Source: Calditrichia bacterium
GTDB taxonomy: Bacteria; Calditrichota; Calditrichia; JAJRVZ01
Reading direction: 5' to 3'
NCBI GenBank assembly: GCA_963796965.1
Contig: CAWCNS010000005.1
Span: 352,001-416,000, forward strand
DNA length: 64,000 bases
Both the position numbers and the translations under genes were made by a program. Shown here piece by piece: positions 53,596 through 63,855 of this stretch (position 1 is its first letter; each line of letters starts with the position of its first letter). A model generated the notes under the pieces. The model searched no databases and had not been told where the DNA came from. It was given only the letters and a program-made list of their open reading frames with translations.

Positions 53596-54987
53596 ATGTC
53601 CCAGCTACTAAAAGTAATTTCCCCAATTGACGGAAGCACTTATTATGAATGCGAAATGCACACGCAAAAAGATATTGAGGCAGCACTCCTATCAGCTACA
53701 AATGCTCAGAATGAATGGATAGAACTCCCTATTTCAAAAAGGAAGGAATTTATAAATAAGTTCATTGAAGCATTTGAAAAAAATGAAAAAAGAATCAGTG
53801 AGGAATTAACCCGGCAAATGGGCCGCCCCATCTCCTACTCCCCCTTCGAATCAAAAGGTACCATTGAACGCTCTCGCGGAATGGTTGATATAGCAGAATC
53901 TTCTCTAGTAGATGTACTTGTTGAGGAAAAAGAAGGATTCAACAGATATATTAAACGGGAACCCCTTGGTGTTGTATTTGTCGTACCTGCCTGGAATTAT
54001 CCTTACTTAATAGCCGTAAACAGTATTGTTCCGGCATTATTGGCAGGAAATGCCGTTATATTGCGACATTCAGCTCAAACACCTTTAGTGGCTGAGCGGT
54101 TCGCCGAAGCATTTGAGAAAGCAGGTCTTCCCGAAGGTTTGTTTCAATATTTACACCTGTCACATGGTGATACCGCAAAAGTAATTGAAGATCCACGCGT
54201 CAATTTTGTTGCCTTCACCGGTTCGGTTAAGGGTGGTTATGAAATTCAAAAAGTAGCCGCACAAAGATTTATCGGTGTGGGTTTGGAACTTGGAGGTAAA
54301 GATCCTGCCTATGTCAGGTCCGATGTAGACCTAAATTTTGCAATTGAAAATTTAGTAGATGGTGCTTTTTTTAATTCGGGTCAATCTTGCTGCGGTATCG
54401 AGCGAATTTATGTACATGAATCTGTTTATGATAAATTTATTGAAGGCTATATTGAACTAACAAAAAATTATAAATTAGGTAATCCTCTTGATCCGGATAC
54501 AACGCTAGGACCTGTGGCAAAAAGAAGTGGCGCTGATCTGGTAAGACAGCATATTGACCAGGCTGTTAAATCCGGCGCCCGTTCAACAATTGATGAAGCC
54601 TTATTCCCTGAAGCGAAACCAGACACCAATTACCTCGCCCCTCAGGTGTTATTAGATGTTGATCATAGCATGCATGTTATGTATGATGAGAGTTTTGGAC
54701 CTGTCGTTGGTATTATGAAAGTTAAAAATGATTCGGAAGCCATTGCCTTAATGAATGACAGTCCGTATGGACTTACAGCATCTATCTGGACAGCAGATGA
54801 AGATAAAGCAATTCTGATCGGTGACAAAGTTAATACGGGAACTTGGTTTATGAATCGTTGTGATTATCTTGATCCGCATCTTGCCTGGGTAGGTGTTAAA
54901 GATTCCGGACGGGGTTGTTCTTTATCTAAAGTTGGCTATGAACACCTGACCAGGCCAAAATCATATCATTTAAGAATTAAATACTAG
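53596..54987 (+). CDS. NAD(P)-dependent aldehyde dehydrogenase
   Basis: WNYP, FTGS, LELGGKDP, GQSCC and ESFGPV motifs. Confidence 0.95.
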   Translation: MSQLLKVISPIDGSTYYECEMHTQKDIEAALLSATNAQNEWIELPISKRKEFINKFIEAFEKNEKRISEELTRQMGRPISYSPFESKGTIERSRGMVDIAESSLVDVLVEEKEGFNRYIKREPLGVVFVVPAWNYPYLIAVNSIVPALLAGNAVILRHSAQTPLVAERFAEAFEKAGLPEGLFQYLHLSHGDTAKVIEDPRVNFVAFTGSVKGGYEIQKVAAQRFIGVGLELGGKDPAYVRSDVDLNFAIENLVDGAFFNSGQSCCGIERIYVHESVYDKFIEGYIELTKNYKLGNPLDPDTTLGPVAKRSGADLVRQHIDQAVKSGARSTIDEALFPEAKPDTNYLAPQVLLDVDHSMHVMYDESFGPVVGIMKVKNDSEAIALMNDSPYGLTASIWTADEDKAILIGDKVNTGTWFMNRCDYLDPHLAWVGVKDSGRGCSLSKVGYEHLTRPKSYHLRIKY

Positions 54988-55040
54988 TTTATACAATTGA
55001 CCACACTACTTGGGCTATGGCGTTTTATTTAGAAAAGAAT

Positions 55041-55237
55041 ACCGCAGAGATCGCAGAGAAAAATTATAGAATCTTTTAAGATTATAGTTGATATCCATCT
55101 TTGAATTTAAAACAATTGTTTAATATTTATTTCAAGGATTCGAATCCCTAATAAAACGCTGCGATCGTTGCGCTCGTGGCACCGCTGCGTGAAAAAAAAT
55201 CTAGCGTCTTTGCGATTATTAATAGACCAGGATAATT
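55041..55237. repeat. Compound periodic-arm element
   Basis: accgcagagatcgcagaga, cgctgcgatcgttgcgctcgtggcaccgctgcgtga, ctagcgtctttgcgatt. Confidence 0.7.
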
Positions 55238-55274
55238 TTCCAGGATTAATCAGTAATTAATATGGAGAAATGCA

Positions 55275-56426
55275 ATGCCATTAAATAGACATACTTATAG
55301 TTTTCCAACCAGGATAGAATATGGACCGGGGGCTTTATCTGATCTACCTAAGATCATAAAAGAAATGGGATATTCAAAAGGGCTACTTGTAACAGATCAG
55401 GGTATTGAAAAAGTTGGATTGGCGGATAAATTACGCAAGCACTTTTCTGATCAAGGTATCGCCATACACAGTTATAGTGATGTCGTATCAAATCCGACTG
55501 AGAAAAATGTTACGGATGGTACAAATGTATTTAAAGAAAATAACTGCGATTGCATCGTAAGTCTTGGCGGTGGTTCTCCAATCGATGTCGGGAAAACAAT
55601 AAAAGTAACGGCAACACATGATGAACCTCTTGAAAAGTTAGATGATACCAAAGGTGGAGATAAATATATTGTTAATAAAATGCCACCATTTTATGCCATA
55701 CCTACTACAGCAGGAACCGGAAGCGAAGTCGGTCGAAGTAGTGTTATTACGGTAGAATCAACCAATAAAAAAACAATAATTTTTTCACCTCAAATGATGC
55801 CAGACATTGCCGTTCTTGATCCGGAAATCACTTTATCACTTCCGACTGAATTAACCGCTGCAACAGGAGTTGATGCTTTTGTTCACAATTTAGAAGCCTA
55901 CATAATGGATACGTTTCATCCCTTTGCCGATGGCTTAGCTAAAGAAGGTATTTATCGCTGTTTTAAATATTTACCGGTCGTCGTTGAAGATGGAAGCAAT
56001 ATTGCTGCCCGGGGTGAGTTGCTCATGGCTTCAGCAATGGGTGCTACCGCCTTTCAGAAAGGATTGGGAATAAATCATTCTATCGCCCATGCATTAAGCG
56101 TCTTTTACGATACCCATCATGGCTTGGCAAACGCAGCGGTACTCGTAGAAGTAATGCGGTATAACATAACTGATAGTAAGGTAAATGATAAACTTGCCGC
56201 ATTAGGATCGTTACTCAATACGGACAATGATGCTTTGGCAGTAATTACAGCGATTGAAAAATGGCTTATTGCAGTTGGGATGCCGACTAAATTAGAAGGA
56301 TTTGGCATAAAGGAAGAAGATATTGACGGTATCGAAGCATATGCAATGAGTGATCCTTGCTGCCCATTAAATCCTAAACCTGTAATGCCGGGAGATGTCA
56401 AACAAATAATTAACAATCTATTGTAA
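55275..56426 (+). CDS. Iron-containing alcohol dehydrogenase
   Basis: GGGSPID, PTTAGTGSE, DAFVH and HSIAH..HHG motifs. Confidence 0.95.
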   Translation: MPLNRHTYSFPTRIEYGPGALSDLPKIIKEMGYSKGLLVTDQGIEKVGLADKLRKHFSDQGIAIHSYSDVVSNPTEKNVTDGTNVFKENNCDCIVSLGGGSPIDVGKTIKVTATHDEPLEKLDDTKGGDKYIVNKMPPFYAIPTTAGTGSEVGRSSVITVESTNKKTIIFSPQMMPDIAVLDPEITLSLPTELTAATGVDAFVHNLEAYIMDTFHPFADGLAKEGIYRCFKYLPVVVEDGSNIAARGELLMASAMGATAFQKGLGINHSIAHALSVFYDTHHGLANAAVLVEVMRYNITDSKVNDKLAALGSLLNTDNDALAVITAIEKWLIAVGMPTKLEGFGIKEEDIDGIEAYAMSDPCCPLNPKPVMPGDVKQIINNLL

Positions 56427-56472
56427 ACTGATCTATTCATACAGCAGAGATGCTTCAATCAAAAGAATTTAA

Positions 56473-56574
56473 TAACCACCGAAGACACCGAAATACATCG
56501 AATTTTTTAATATAATATTTATTTTTTTCAGTGATATTCGGTGGATTCGGTGGTTACTATTCTTTGCGAGAAAT
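56473..56574. repeat. Periodic inverted-arm element (CACCGAA, 10-bp period)
   Basis: taaccaccgaagacaccgaaatacatcgaa versus ttcagtgatattcggtggattcggtggtta, then residual tctttgcgagaaat. Confidence 0.85.
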
Positions 56575-56607
56575 ATATTATTGAGGATATAGAAAAGAAT
56601 TTGTTTT

Positions 56608-57360
56608 ATGATAAAAGCAATCACATTCGATCTTTGGGATACGGTATTTATTGATGACTCCGATGAGCCAAAACGAAAAGCAGCCGGCCGACCAACGAAG
56701 GCCGTTGAGAGAAGAAAATTAGTCAAACAGTTTATTGAAAAACATCAGCAAATTTCAGAGGATGTTGTTAATGCTGCATACGATGCTCAGGATGCTGCAT
56801 TTAGAAAAACATGGCATGATTGTCATATTACCTGGACTGTAAAAGAACGACTAGAAATAGTCCTAAAGGGAATCGGCGCCACTCTACCTGAAAATGAAAT
56901 GGCGGAGCTCATAAGACTTCATGAAGAGATGGAATTAGAATTCCGACCTGATTTTGTACCTGGTGTTCACGAGGTGCTTGAAACATTACATAAAAGATAT
57001 AAACTGGCCGTGATTTCAGATGCCATTTTTAGTCCAGGAAGATCATTACGGGAATTATTAAGGGATGAGGGATTATTAGAATATTTCAGTACATTTATTT
57101 TCTCTGATGAAGTGGGATGTTCAAAACCTGCTAAACGTGTATTTGAAGTGGCAAAAGAGGATCTTGGAGTTGCCTTCAATGAAATAGTCCACATTGGAGA
57201 CAGAGAGCATAATGATATTCTTGGTCCCAAAAAAATGGGTATGCATGCCATTCTCTGTCTTGCTGCCCTCGATCGGGGAAGTGACAAAAACTGTGCTGAT
57301 GCCTATTTCAAAGATTATAACAAATTACCAAACTTAATTAAAAACCTAGTAAATAATTGA
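56608..57360 (+). CDS. HAD-superfamily hydrolase
   Basis: FDLWDT, ISD, KP and HIGD...D motifs. Confidence 0.9.
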   Translation: MIKAITFDLWDTVFIDDSDEPKRKAAGRPTKAVERRKLVKQFIEKHQQISEDVVNAAYDAQDAAFRKTWHDCHITWTVKERLEIVLKGIGATLPENEMAELIRLHEEMELEFRPDFVPGVHEVLETLHKRYKLAVISDAIFSPGRSLRELLRDEGLLEYFSTFIFSDEVGCSKPAKRVFEVAKEDLGVAFNEIVHIGDREHNDILGPKKMGMHAILCLAALDRGSDKNCADAYFKDYNKLPNLIKNLVNN

Positions 57361-57363
57361 CCT

Positions 57364-58248
57364 ATGAAAAAACTAAATTTTATTATAATAGATGGCTATC
57401 CTAAACCAAGTCGTGACCAATTTGATTCCGTTGGAATGAAAAAGGCCGGCGATCTTTATGCAAGATTATTGCTTCAACATCTTCCAGACGCACATTACGA
57501 TATATTTTATTCAAGTGACCCGGATATAGATCTTCCAAATGCAGAAGAAATCAATAAATACGATGGTGTTCTTTGGCCTGGATGTAATCTTACCATATAC
57601 CACGATCACGATGAAAGAGTTACAAAAATGGTAGATTTTTGCAAAGTTGCTTTTGAAATGGGTGTTCCTCAATTTGGAAGCTGCTGGGCCGCGCAAATTG
57701 CCGTTTACGCGGCCGGGGGAGAAGTAAAACCAAATCCCAAAGGGAGAGAAATAGGTTTAGCCAGAAAAATACACCTTACCCCTGAGGGAGTGAGGCATCC
57801 TATGTATGAAGGGAAGCCTCAGGTGTTCGATGGCTTTATCAGTCATGATGATGAGATCACTAAACTACCGGAGGGTGGAGAATGGCTTGCCTCAAATGAA
57901 TTTACCGGAGTTCAAGCCGTTTCTGTAAAACATAAAAACGGTATATTTTGGGCTACGCAATACCACCCGGAATACGATCTGTTTGAAATGGCACGATTAA
58001 TAGTTGCAAGAGAAGAAAAACTAATTCAACAAAATTATTTCGAAAGTCATGAAATTATGATGAAATATTGTGAAGATCTGGAAGCAATATTTCATGATAA
58101 TTCCCGAAAAGATTTGCGTTGGAAATATGGAATTGACGATGATGTACTTTCAGACGCCATCAGACAAACCGAGTTTGTTAACTGGATATATAAAATTGTA
58201 ATACCCCAATCAGAAAAATCAGGATTGGTGGAAAAGGAAGCCGTTTGA
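57364..58248 (+). CDS. Stand-alone class I glutamine amidotransferase-like hydrolase
   Basis: GSCWAAQ nucleophile Cys, SHDD and QYHPE motifs. Confidence 0.88.
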   Translation: MKKLNFIIIDGYPKPSRDQFDSVGMKKAGDLYARLLLQHLPDAHYDIFYSSDPDIDLPNAEEINKYDGVLWPGCNLTIYHDHDERVTKMVDFCKVAFEMGVPQFGSCWAAQIAVYAAGGEVKPNPKGREIGLARKIHLTPEGVRHPMYEGKPQVFDGFISHDDEITKLPEGGEWLASNEFTGVQAVSVKHKNGIFWATQYHPEYDLFEMARLIVAREEKLIQQNYFESHEIMMKYCEDLEAIFHDNSRKDLRWKYGIDDDVLSDAIRQTEFVNWIYKIVIPQSEKSGLVEKEAV

Positions 58249-59528
58249 TAAAAAAACTTTTGGGCAGCAAAAGTACACTCCGATCATGGCAAATTAAAAT
58301 CTTTAGCGCCACCTGGCTGGCTTATGTTGGATATTATTTTGCCCGCAAGGCCTTTTATGTTGTAAAAAGCCCATTAGCAGATTCATTAGGTTTTACGGTT
58401 CTCGATTTGGCCCATCTTGGTACGGCCTACCTGGTATTTTATATGGTCGGTCAATATACCAGTGCTTATTTCGGTAGAAAACTTGGCCCAAAGTTATTGC
58501 TTCTTGTCGGAATGGGTATATCCCTGTCCTGTAATTTTATTTTTGGCATCTCAAATGGCTTCTGGACCATACTACTCTTTCTTTCCTTAAATGGATTGGC
58601 CCAGGGAACCGGCTGGCCCGGTTGTATTGGTTCACTCGCCTATTGGTTTAAAAGAGATAAAAGAGGTAGCGTTTTAGGTATTTGGTCGACCTGTTATCAA
58701 TTCGGTTCTGTGGCTGCTACATCCTTTGCTGCCTACATGTTGGGTGAATTTGGTTGGAGATGGTCATTCTTCGGCGCCTCAATTGTCCTGCTAATAATCT
58801 GGATTATTGTTTTAATTCTACATCCAAACCGCCCGGAAGATGTGGGACTCGATCCAATTGAAGATTCAGATGAGGATAAATCATCTGATTTGACAGATAG
58901 TACTGACTCTTCAGAATTGGGATGGTCCGCAGATGTTTGGAAGACCGTCATAACCATGGGGTTGATCTATTTTAGTATAAAATTCTTACGCTATGCGCTT
59001 TGGAGTTGGGTGCCGTATTTCCTAAATAAGAATTTTGGTATGGAAGTAAGCAATGCCGGATACCTATCGACCGTATTTGATATGGCAGGATTTGCTGGTG
59101 TTATTTTCGCCGGTTTTGCCTCTGATAAAATTTTTAAAGGCCGAAGATCATTATTATCAGCGATTATGCTCAGTTTAATGGCTTTAGCCTTTATCGTAAT
59201 GTACCTAAAGGGAGCAACAAGTCTTTTATTCTTTACAATCTCCATGGGAGTCGCAGGATTTATGCTATATGGTCCTGACTCATTGATTTCAGGAGTAGGA
59301 GCTATTGATGTAGGTTCAAGAAAAGGTGCTTTAGTCGCGGCCGGGATTATCAATGGAACAGGTTCCATTGGCCCCATATTCCAGGAGGAAATAATCGGCT
59401 GGCTATACACGAGATACAATCAATCGATAACGCCGATTTTATTCTTATTGCTGTCAATGGCAATAGTAAGCGCTGCATTAACGTTTTATCTGTGGTGGAA
59501 ATCTAAACAAGGGAAAGCTAATTTATAG
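58245..59528 (+). CDS. MFS transporter, organophosphate:Pi antiporter (GlpT/UhpC-like)
   Basis: YVGYYFARK, NGLAQGTGWP, WF..KRG..GIW and AGIING.GS motifs. Confidence 0.88.
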   Translation: MIKKLLGSKSTLRSWQIKIFSATWLAYVGYYFARKAFYVVKSPLADSLGFTVLDLAHLGTAYLVFYMVGQYTSAYFGRKLGPKLLLLVGMGISLSCNFIFGISNGFWTILLFLSLNGLAQGTGWPGCIGSLAYWFKRDKRGSVLGIWSTCYQFGSVAATSFAAYMLGEFGWRWSFFGASIVLLIIWIIVLILHPNRPEDVGLDPIEDSDEDKSSDLTDSTDSSELGWSADVWKTVITMGLIYFSIKFLRYALWSWVPYFLNKNFGMEVSNAGYLSTVFDMAGFAGVIFAGFASDKIFKGRRSLLSAIMLSLMALAFIVMYLKGATSLLFFTISMGVAGFMLYGPDSLISGVGAIDVGSRKGALVAAGIINGTGSIGPIFQEEIIGWLYTRYNQSITPILFLLLSMAIVSAALTFYLWWKSKQGKANL

Positions 59529-59798
59529 AACTGATACCTTTCTAACCCTTATTTTATAAGATATTCATTGATTTTTTCACTATAAAATTTGTATACTGCT
59601 CAGAATCTATTACAAATGGCTTCACTATAGGGTTTTACTGTGATAAATGTCACCAACGGCTAAGGGGATTTTTGGTAAGTTCGTTCCGATTAATAGCAAA
59701 ATCTGGGAATTAACACGCTCTTCTCGCTCATACTTTAAAAAAGATAAAAATCTTTCATTTTTTTGAAGTATAAAATCTGAATCAAAGAAATATTTTTA

Positions 59799-59827
59799 TT
59801 GACATTGAATGAAGTTATCGATATTTT
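59799..59827 (+). promoter_or_regulatory. Sigma70-like promoter of RpiR-TonB receptor operon
   Basis: TTGACA (59799-59804), N17, TATTTT (59822-59827). Confidence 0.55.
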
Positions 59828-59995
59828 CAAATAACGTAGCAAAAAGCACACAATGTAGCACATATTGTTGTAGAAGCAACATTTCGGGTAGAGATTTCCT
59901 TTCCAAAAATATAATATTAATAGTTAATTGTTATTGTACTGACCGCAGCAAGAATAGTTAGGAACCTTTCTATTTTTAACCAGGGATCCATTGGA

Positions 59996-60808
59996 ATGCA
60001 AAGCCCCATTCATCTGATTAATAAGCGCTATAATACCCTGCGAAAATCAGAAAAGCGTGTGGCTGAATTTGTTCAGGATCATTTAGACGAAGTCGTTCTG
60101 CTTCCCCTGCAGGGCCTTGCTAAAAAATGTGGAACAAGTGATGCAACCGTCCTTCGTTTTTGCAGATCGCTGGGATATCTTGGATTTTCTGAATTTAAAG
60201 CTTCATTAGTTCCTGAGCTTCTGCGAAGTGGTCAGCAGGTTTATATGGATATAGCGCAGGATCAAGACCCTGAAAACATCAAAAATATTTTCCTCCGTAA
60301 TATCCATCAGCAGTTGGATTCAACGTTACGAAACTGCGACTATACTATATTGCATGCGGTTGCCAACCGCTTTATTCAGGCAAATAAAATCCTCATTATT
60401 GGTTTGGGTGGCGCCGCCGGTGTTGCACAAATTTTCTGTGATGCTCTTGGAATTCTGGGATTATTTAGCAGTAACGCCCAGGATCGTTCACTCATTCAAA
60501 ACCTGGCCCCCACCCTTTCAAGTGGTGATCTGATATTGGGTATTTCACATTCTGGTGAAACCGAAGAAATCGTCTCTGCAGTAAAAGGAGCGCGTGAGTA
60601 CGGAGCAACCGCCATATGTTTAACAAATTTTTCTCCTTCTTCATTGGCAAGCGTTTCTGAAATTGTACTGTTAACAAGCGTCCCTGACAATCTCTTGGGC
60701 AGTTTTTCCTGTCAGTCACGCATCTTTCAATTAGCCTTATTAGAATTAGTTCTTAATGAAATATCAAAACAATTTGTTGTAAAATCTTCTGGAGAGTACA
60801 CCAAATGA
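59996..60808 (+). CDS. RpiR/MurR-family transcriptional regulator (HTH + SIS)
   Basis: SEKRVA, TSDATVLRFCRSLGY.GF.EFK and ISHSGET motifs. Confidence 0.93.
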   Translation: MQSPIHLINKRYNTLRKSEKRVAEFVQDHLDEVVLLPLQGLAKKCGTSDATVLRFCRSLGYLGFSEFKASLVPELLRSGQQVYMDIAQDQDPENIKNIFLRNIHQQLDSTLRNCDYTILHAVANRFIQANKILIIGLGGAAGVAQIFCDALGILGLFSSNAQDRSLIQNLAPTLSSGDLILGISHSGETEEIVSAVKGAREYGATAICLTNFSPSSLASVSEIVLLTSVPDNLLGSFSCQSRIFQLALLELVLNEISKQFVVKSSGEYTK

Positions 60809-63684
60809 ATAAACGATCAATTGTATCCTATATTGGCATGTTAACTTTGATTCTTGTTACAGGTATTACCTTTGCCGGCACGACAGGGAAAATTGCCGGG
60901 TTGGTAGTGGATAAAGAATCTGGAGAAGGATTAGCAGGTGTCAATGTTTATTTAGAGGGCACCAGCCTGGGTGCTGCCACAGATTTGGAGGGATATTATC
61001 AAGTAATAAGTATTCCGCCCGGCAGCTATACACTTACTGTTTCAATGATTGGTTACGGTACGGTAAGCGTTGAAAATATAAAAATCCAGGTGGACCGAAC
61101 CACAACTCAAAATATTGAATTAACAACCGAAACTTTGGAAACTGAAACGGTTGTTGTTGTTGCAGACCGTCCTCTGGTAGAAAGAGATCGTACAAACACG
61201 GCAGCCTATGTCAATTCGGAAACGATTGATCTCATGCCTGTACAGGATGTTAAGGAAGTCGTTCAATTACAAGCAGGCGTCATTACCGGGGCGGATGGCC
61301 AGTTACATATCCGGGGTGGTCGCTCCCGGGAAATATCCTATATGGTTGATGGTGTATCTGTCACGAATGGATTTTCCCAGGATGGTGGAAGCAATGTGAG
61401 AATGGAAAACGCCTTTATCGAAGAGCTTCAGGTCATTACAGGGACCTTTAATGCGGAATATGGCTCGGCCCAATCAGGGATTATAAATGTCGTCACAAAA
61501 CGCCCACAATCCGAGTTTAAGGCCCAGGCTGAGGTGTTTGTTGGTGATTACTGGAGTGATAAAACCGACCGATTTATTGGTATTTCTGACTTTGATCCCC
61601 TGGGAGAAAGAGATATTCAGGTAACATTATCCGGCCCGGTCTTATCAGACAAACTCAGTTATTTCATTTCGGCACGTAATTATAAACGGGATGGGTATCT
61701 GTTCGGTGAGCGTCGTTATAATCCTGTGGATGGTTGGACAATCGATGCTTATCGTCATTGGTATACCGAACGATTTGCCGGTCAGGTTACCGAAGAAGGA
61801 CGAATTGAGATACCTGATTCTCTGACCACCGGTGACGGTGCAGCCGTTCCCATGGCAAAAAGTGAACTTTTCTCCATTGTTGGCAAATTAACCTACGCCC
61901 CTCTTCCCAACTTGGGATTCACTTATTCTCTTTTTGCCTCGCAAAGTGAAGGCCAGGGTTACAGTGATAATTGGCGTTATGCACCGGATGGCCGGAACAT
62001 GGGGTATGGAAGTTCGCAGTCCCACTTTCTCGCCTTTCGCCATTCCGTGACAAACAGTATATTCTATAACCTGCGTTTCTCTTATCAATATAACGATAGT
62101 GAATCCTATCTCCGCGATGATTTGGAGATTGCCGATTATCCGGGGGATGACGGCTATCTACCTCTGGGTGCTTCCGATGATCAAACCGGATTCGTTCAAG
62201 GTGACAATGAATGGGGTAGAAGCAAAACCAAGCGAGAATTAATTATGATCAATGGTGATTTTAATTGGCAGATTGATCGCTTCAACTTAGTTAAACTCGG
62301 TTTTGAATTTCGTCAGCATAAGATTAAATATCATAACCAGCCTCTGGTTGAAACAACGCAATGGCAAAGCAATAAATATACAACCGCTATCAGTGGTAAA
62401 GGATTAGAGTTTTATGAATATATGGAGGCAATGAATAATTTCTGGAGAAACTGGTCCACTTTTACAGGCGTTCCGAAATTGCGCGAGGCCAACGAAACAG
62501 ATGGAAGTTATGTCGATTACACCCGTGAACCGATTGAATTTGCGGCCTATGCTCAGGATAAAATAGAATTAGGTGATTTGGTTATAAACGCAGGTCTTCG
62601 TTTGGACTTCTTTGATCCCAATGCTTATACATTAATAAACAAGAGAGAGTCTATCAGATAATCTTGGTGACCAGGAAAACCTTAAAAAGTCGTCTATAAA
62701 AACCCAGCTAAGCCCCCGTCTGGGTGCCTCCTTCCCAATATCTGCCAGCGGCGCCTTCCATGTAGCCTATGGGCACTTCTTTCAAATGCCCAGTTTCCAA
62801 TTACTTTACACCCGTCCTGTAGATGCAAATCTGACTTCCCTGCTGTTAGAGGGTGCCACATTAGGAGATCCCAATTTAAAGCCAGAGCAGACGATCGCTT
62901 ATGAAATCGGACTCCAGCAACAGGTTACCGATGCATTTGCATTAGATCTAACCTTGTTTTACAAAGATATCCGTAACCAATTAGGTGTGGAGGCTGTTCG
63001 TACACCGGATGTGGTCGGATACCAGCGCTATATCAACCGCGACTATGGAAATAGTAAGGGATTTACCCTGGCAAGCCGTATGCGCGCAGGAATGTTTTCG
63101 GGCTCTATCGATTATACGTACCAGAAGGCCAAGGGCAGTGCGTCAGATCCAAACTTTATACAATTGATAGAAGTTGCATCACGGCTTAGCGGAGAATCCG
63201 TTCAATTCCCCGAGCGGCAGATTCTTCCACTGGATTGGGATCAGACCCACACCATAAATTTGATCTTATATCTTGTCGAACCACAGGATTGGGCGGTGAG
63301 TTTGATCGGTCAGTGGGGTAGCGGATTACCTTATTCACCAACCAGTGTTGAACAGTTGGCACTTCCTGACCGTGAATTTAAAAATAGTGACCGTAAGCCC
63401 ACCCGTTACAGTCTTGACCTAAAAGCGAGCAAAGATTTTGCACTTTTCAATCTCGACTTTGTGGTTTTCTTACGGATCTACAATTTATTAGATCACCTTA
63501 ATCAGGAAAGTGTATTTTCTAAACAGGTAATGCGACAGAAAATGCACGTTTGCCTGTAGATGAAGCGGTACAATCTGAATTCCTGGCCCGCGGTGGCCAA
63601 TTTACCATGTCCGAATGGGATAACCGGCCAGGGTGGTTTTCTGAACCCAGACGTATTCAACTGGGATTTGCTATTAGATTGTAG
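60805..63684 (+). CDS. TonB-dependent receptor with carboxypeptidase-regulatory-like N-domain, frameshifts near 62655 and 63525
   Basis: AGTTGKIAG.V.D, LHIRGGR, GTFNAEYG.AQSG and PEQTIAYEIG motifs. Restored C-terminus FSEPRRIQLGFAIRL* ends at 63684. Confidence 0.88.
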
Positions 63685-63717
63685 AATTAAATAGGTAGGA
63701 TTAATAAATGTTTTAAT

Positions 63718-63855
63718 ACAACCTGGATAATTATCTCTCGCAAAAAGACGCAGAGACGCAACGAATTAGATACATTATGTGAGTTTAGATTTAATATTAA
63801 ATCTCTTTTTCTTAAAGTTTATAAATAATTATTTCTTTGCGCTTGCGAGAGAAAT
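63718..63855. repeat. Periodic inverted-arm element (CGCAGAG type)
   Basis: tctctcgcaaaaagacgcagagacgcaacg versus ctttgcgcttgcgagaga. Confidence 0.75.
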
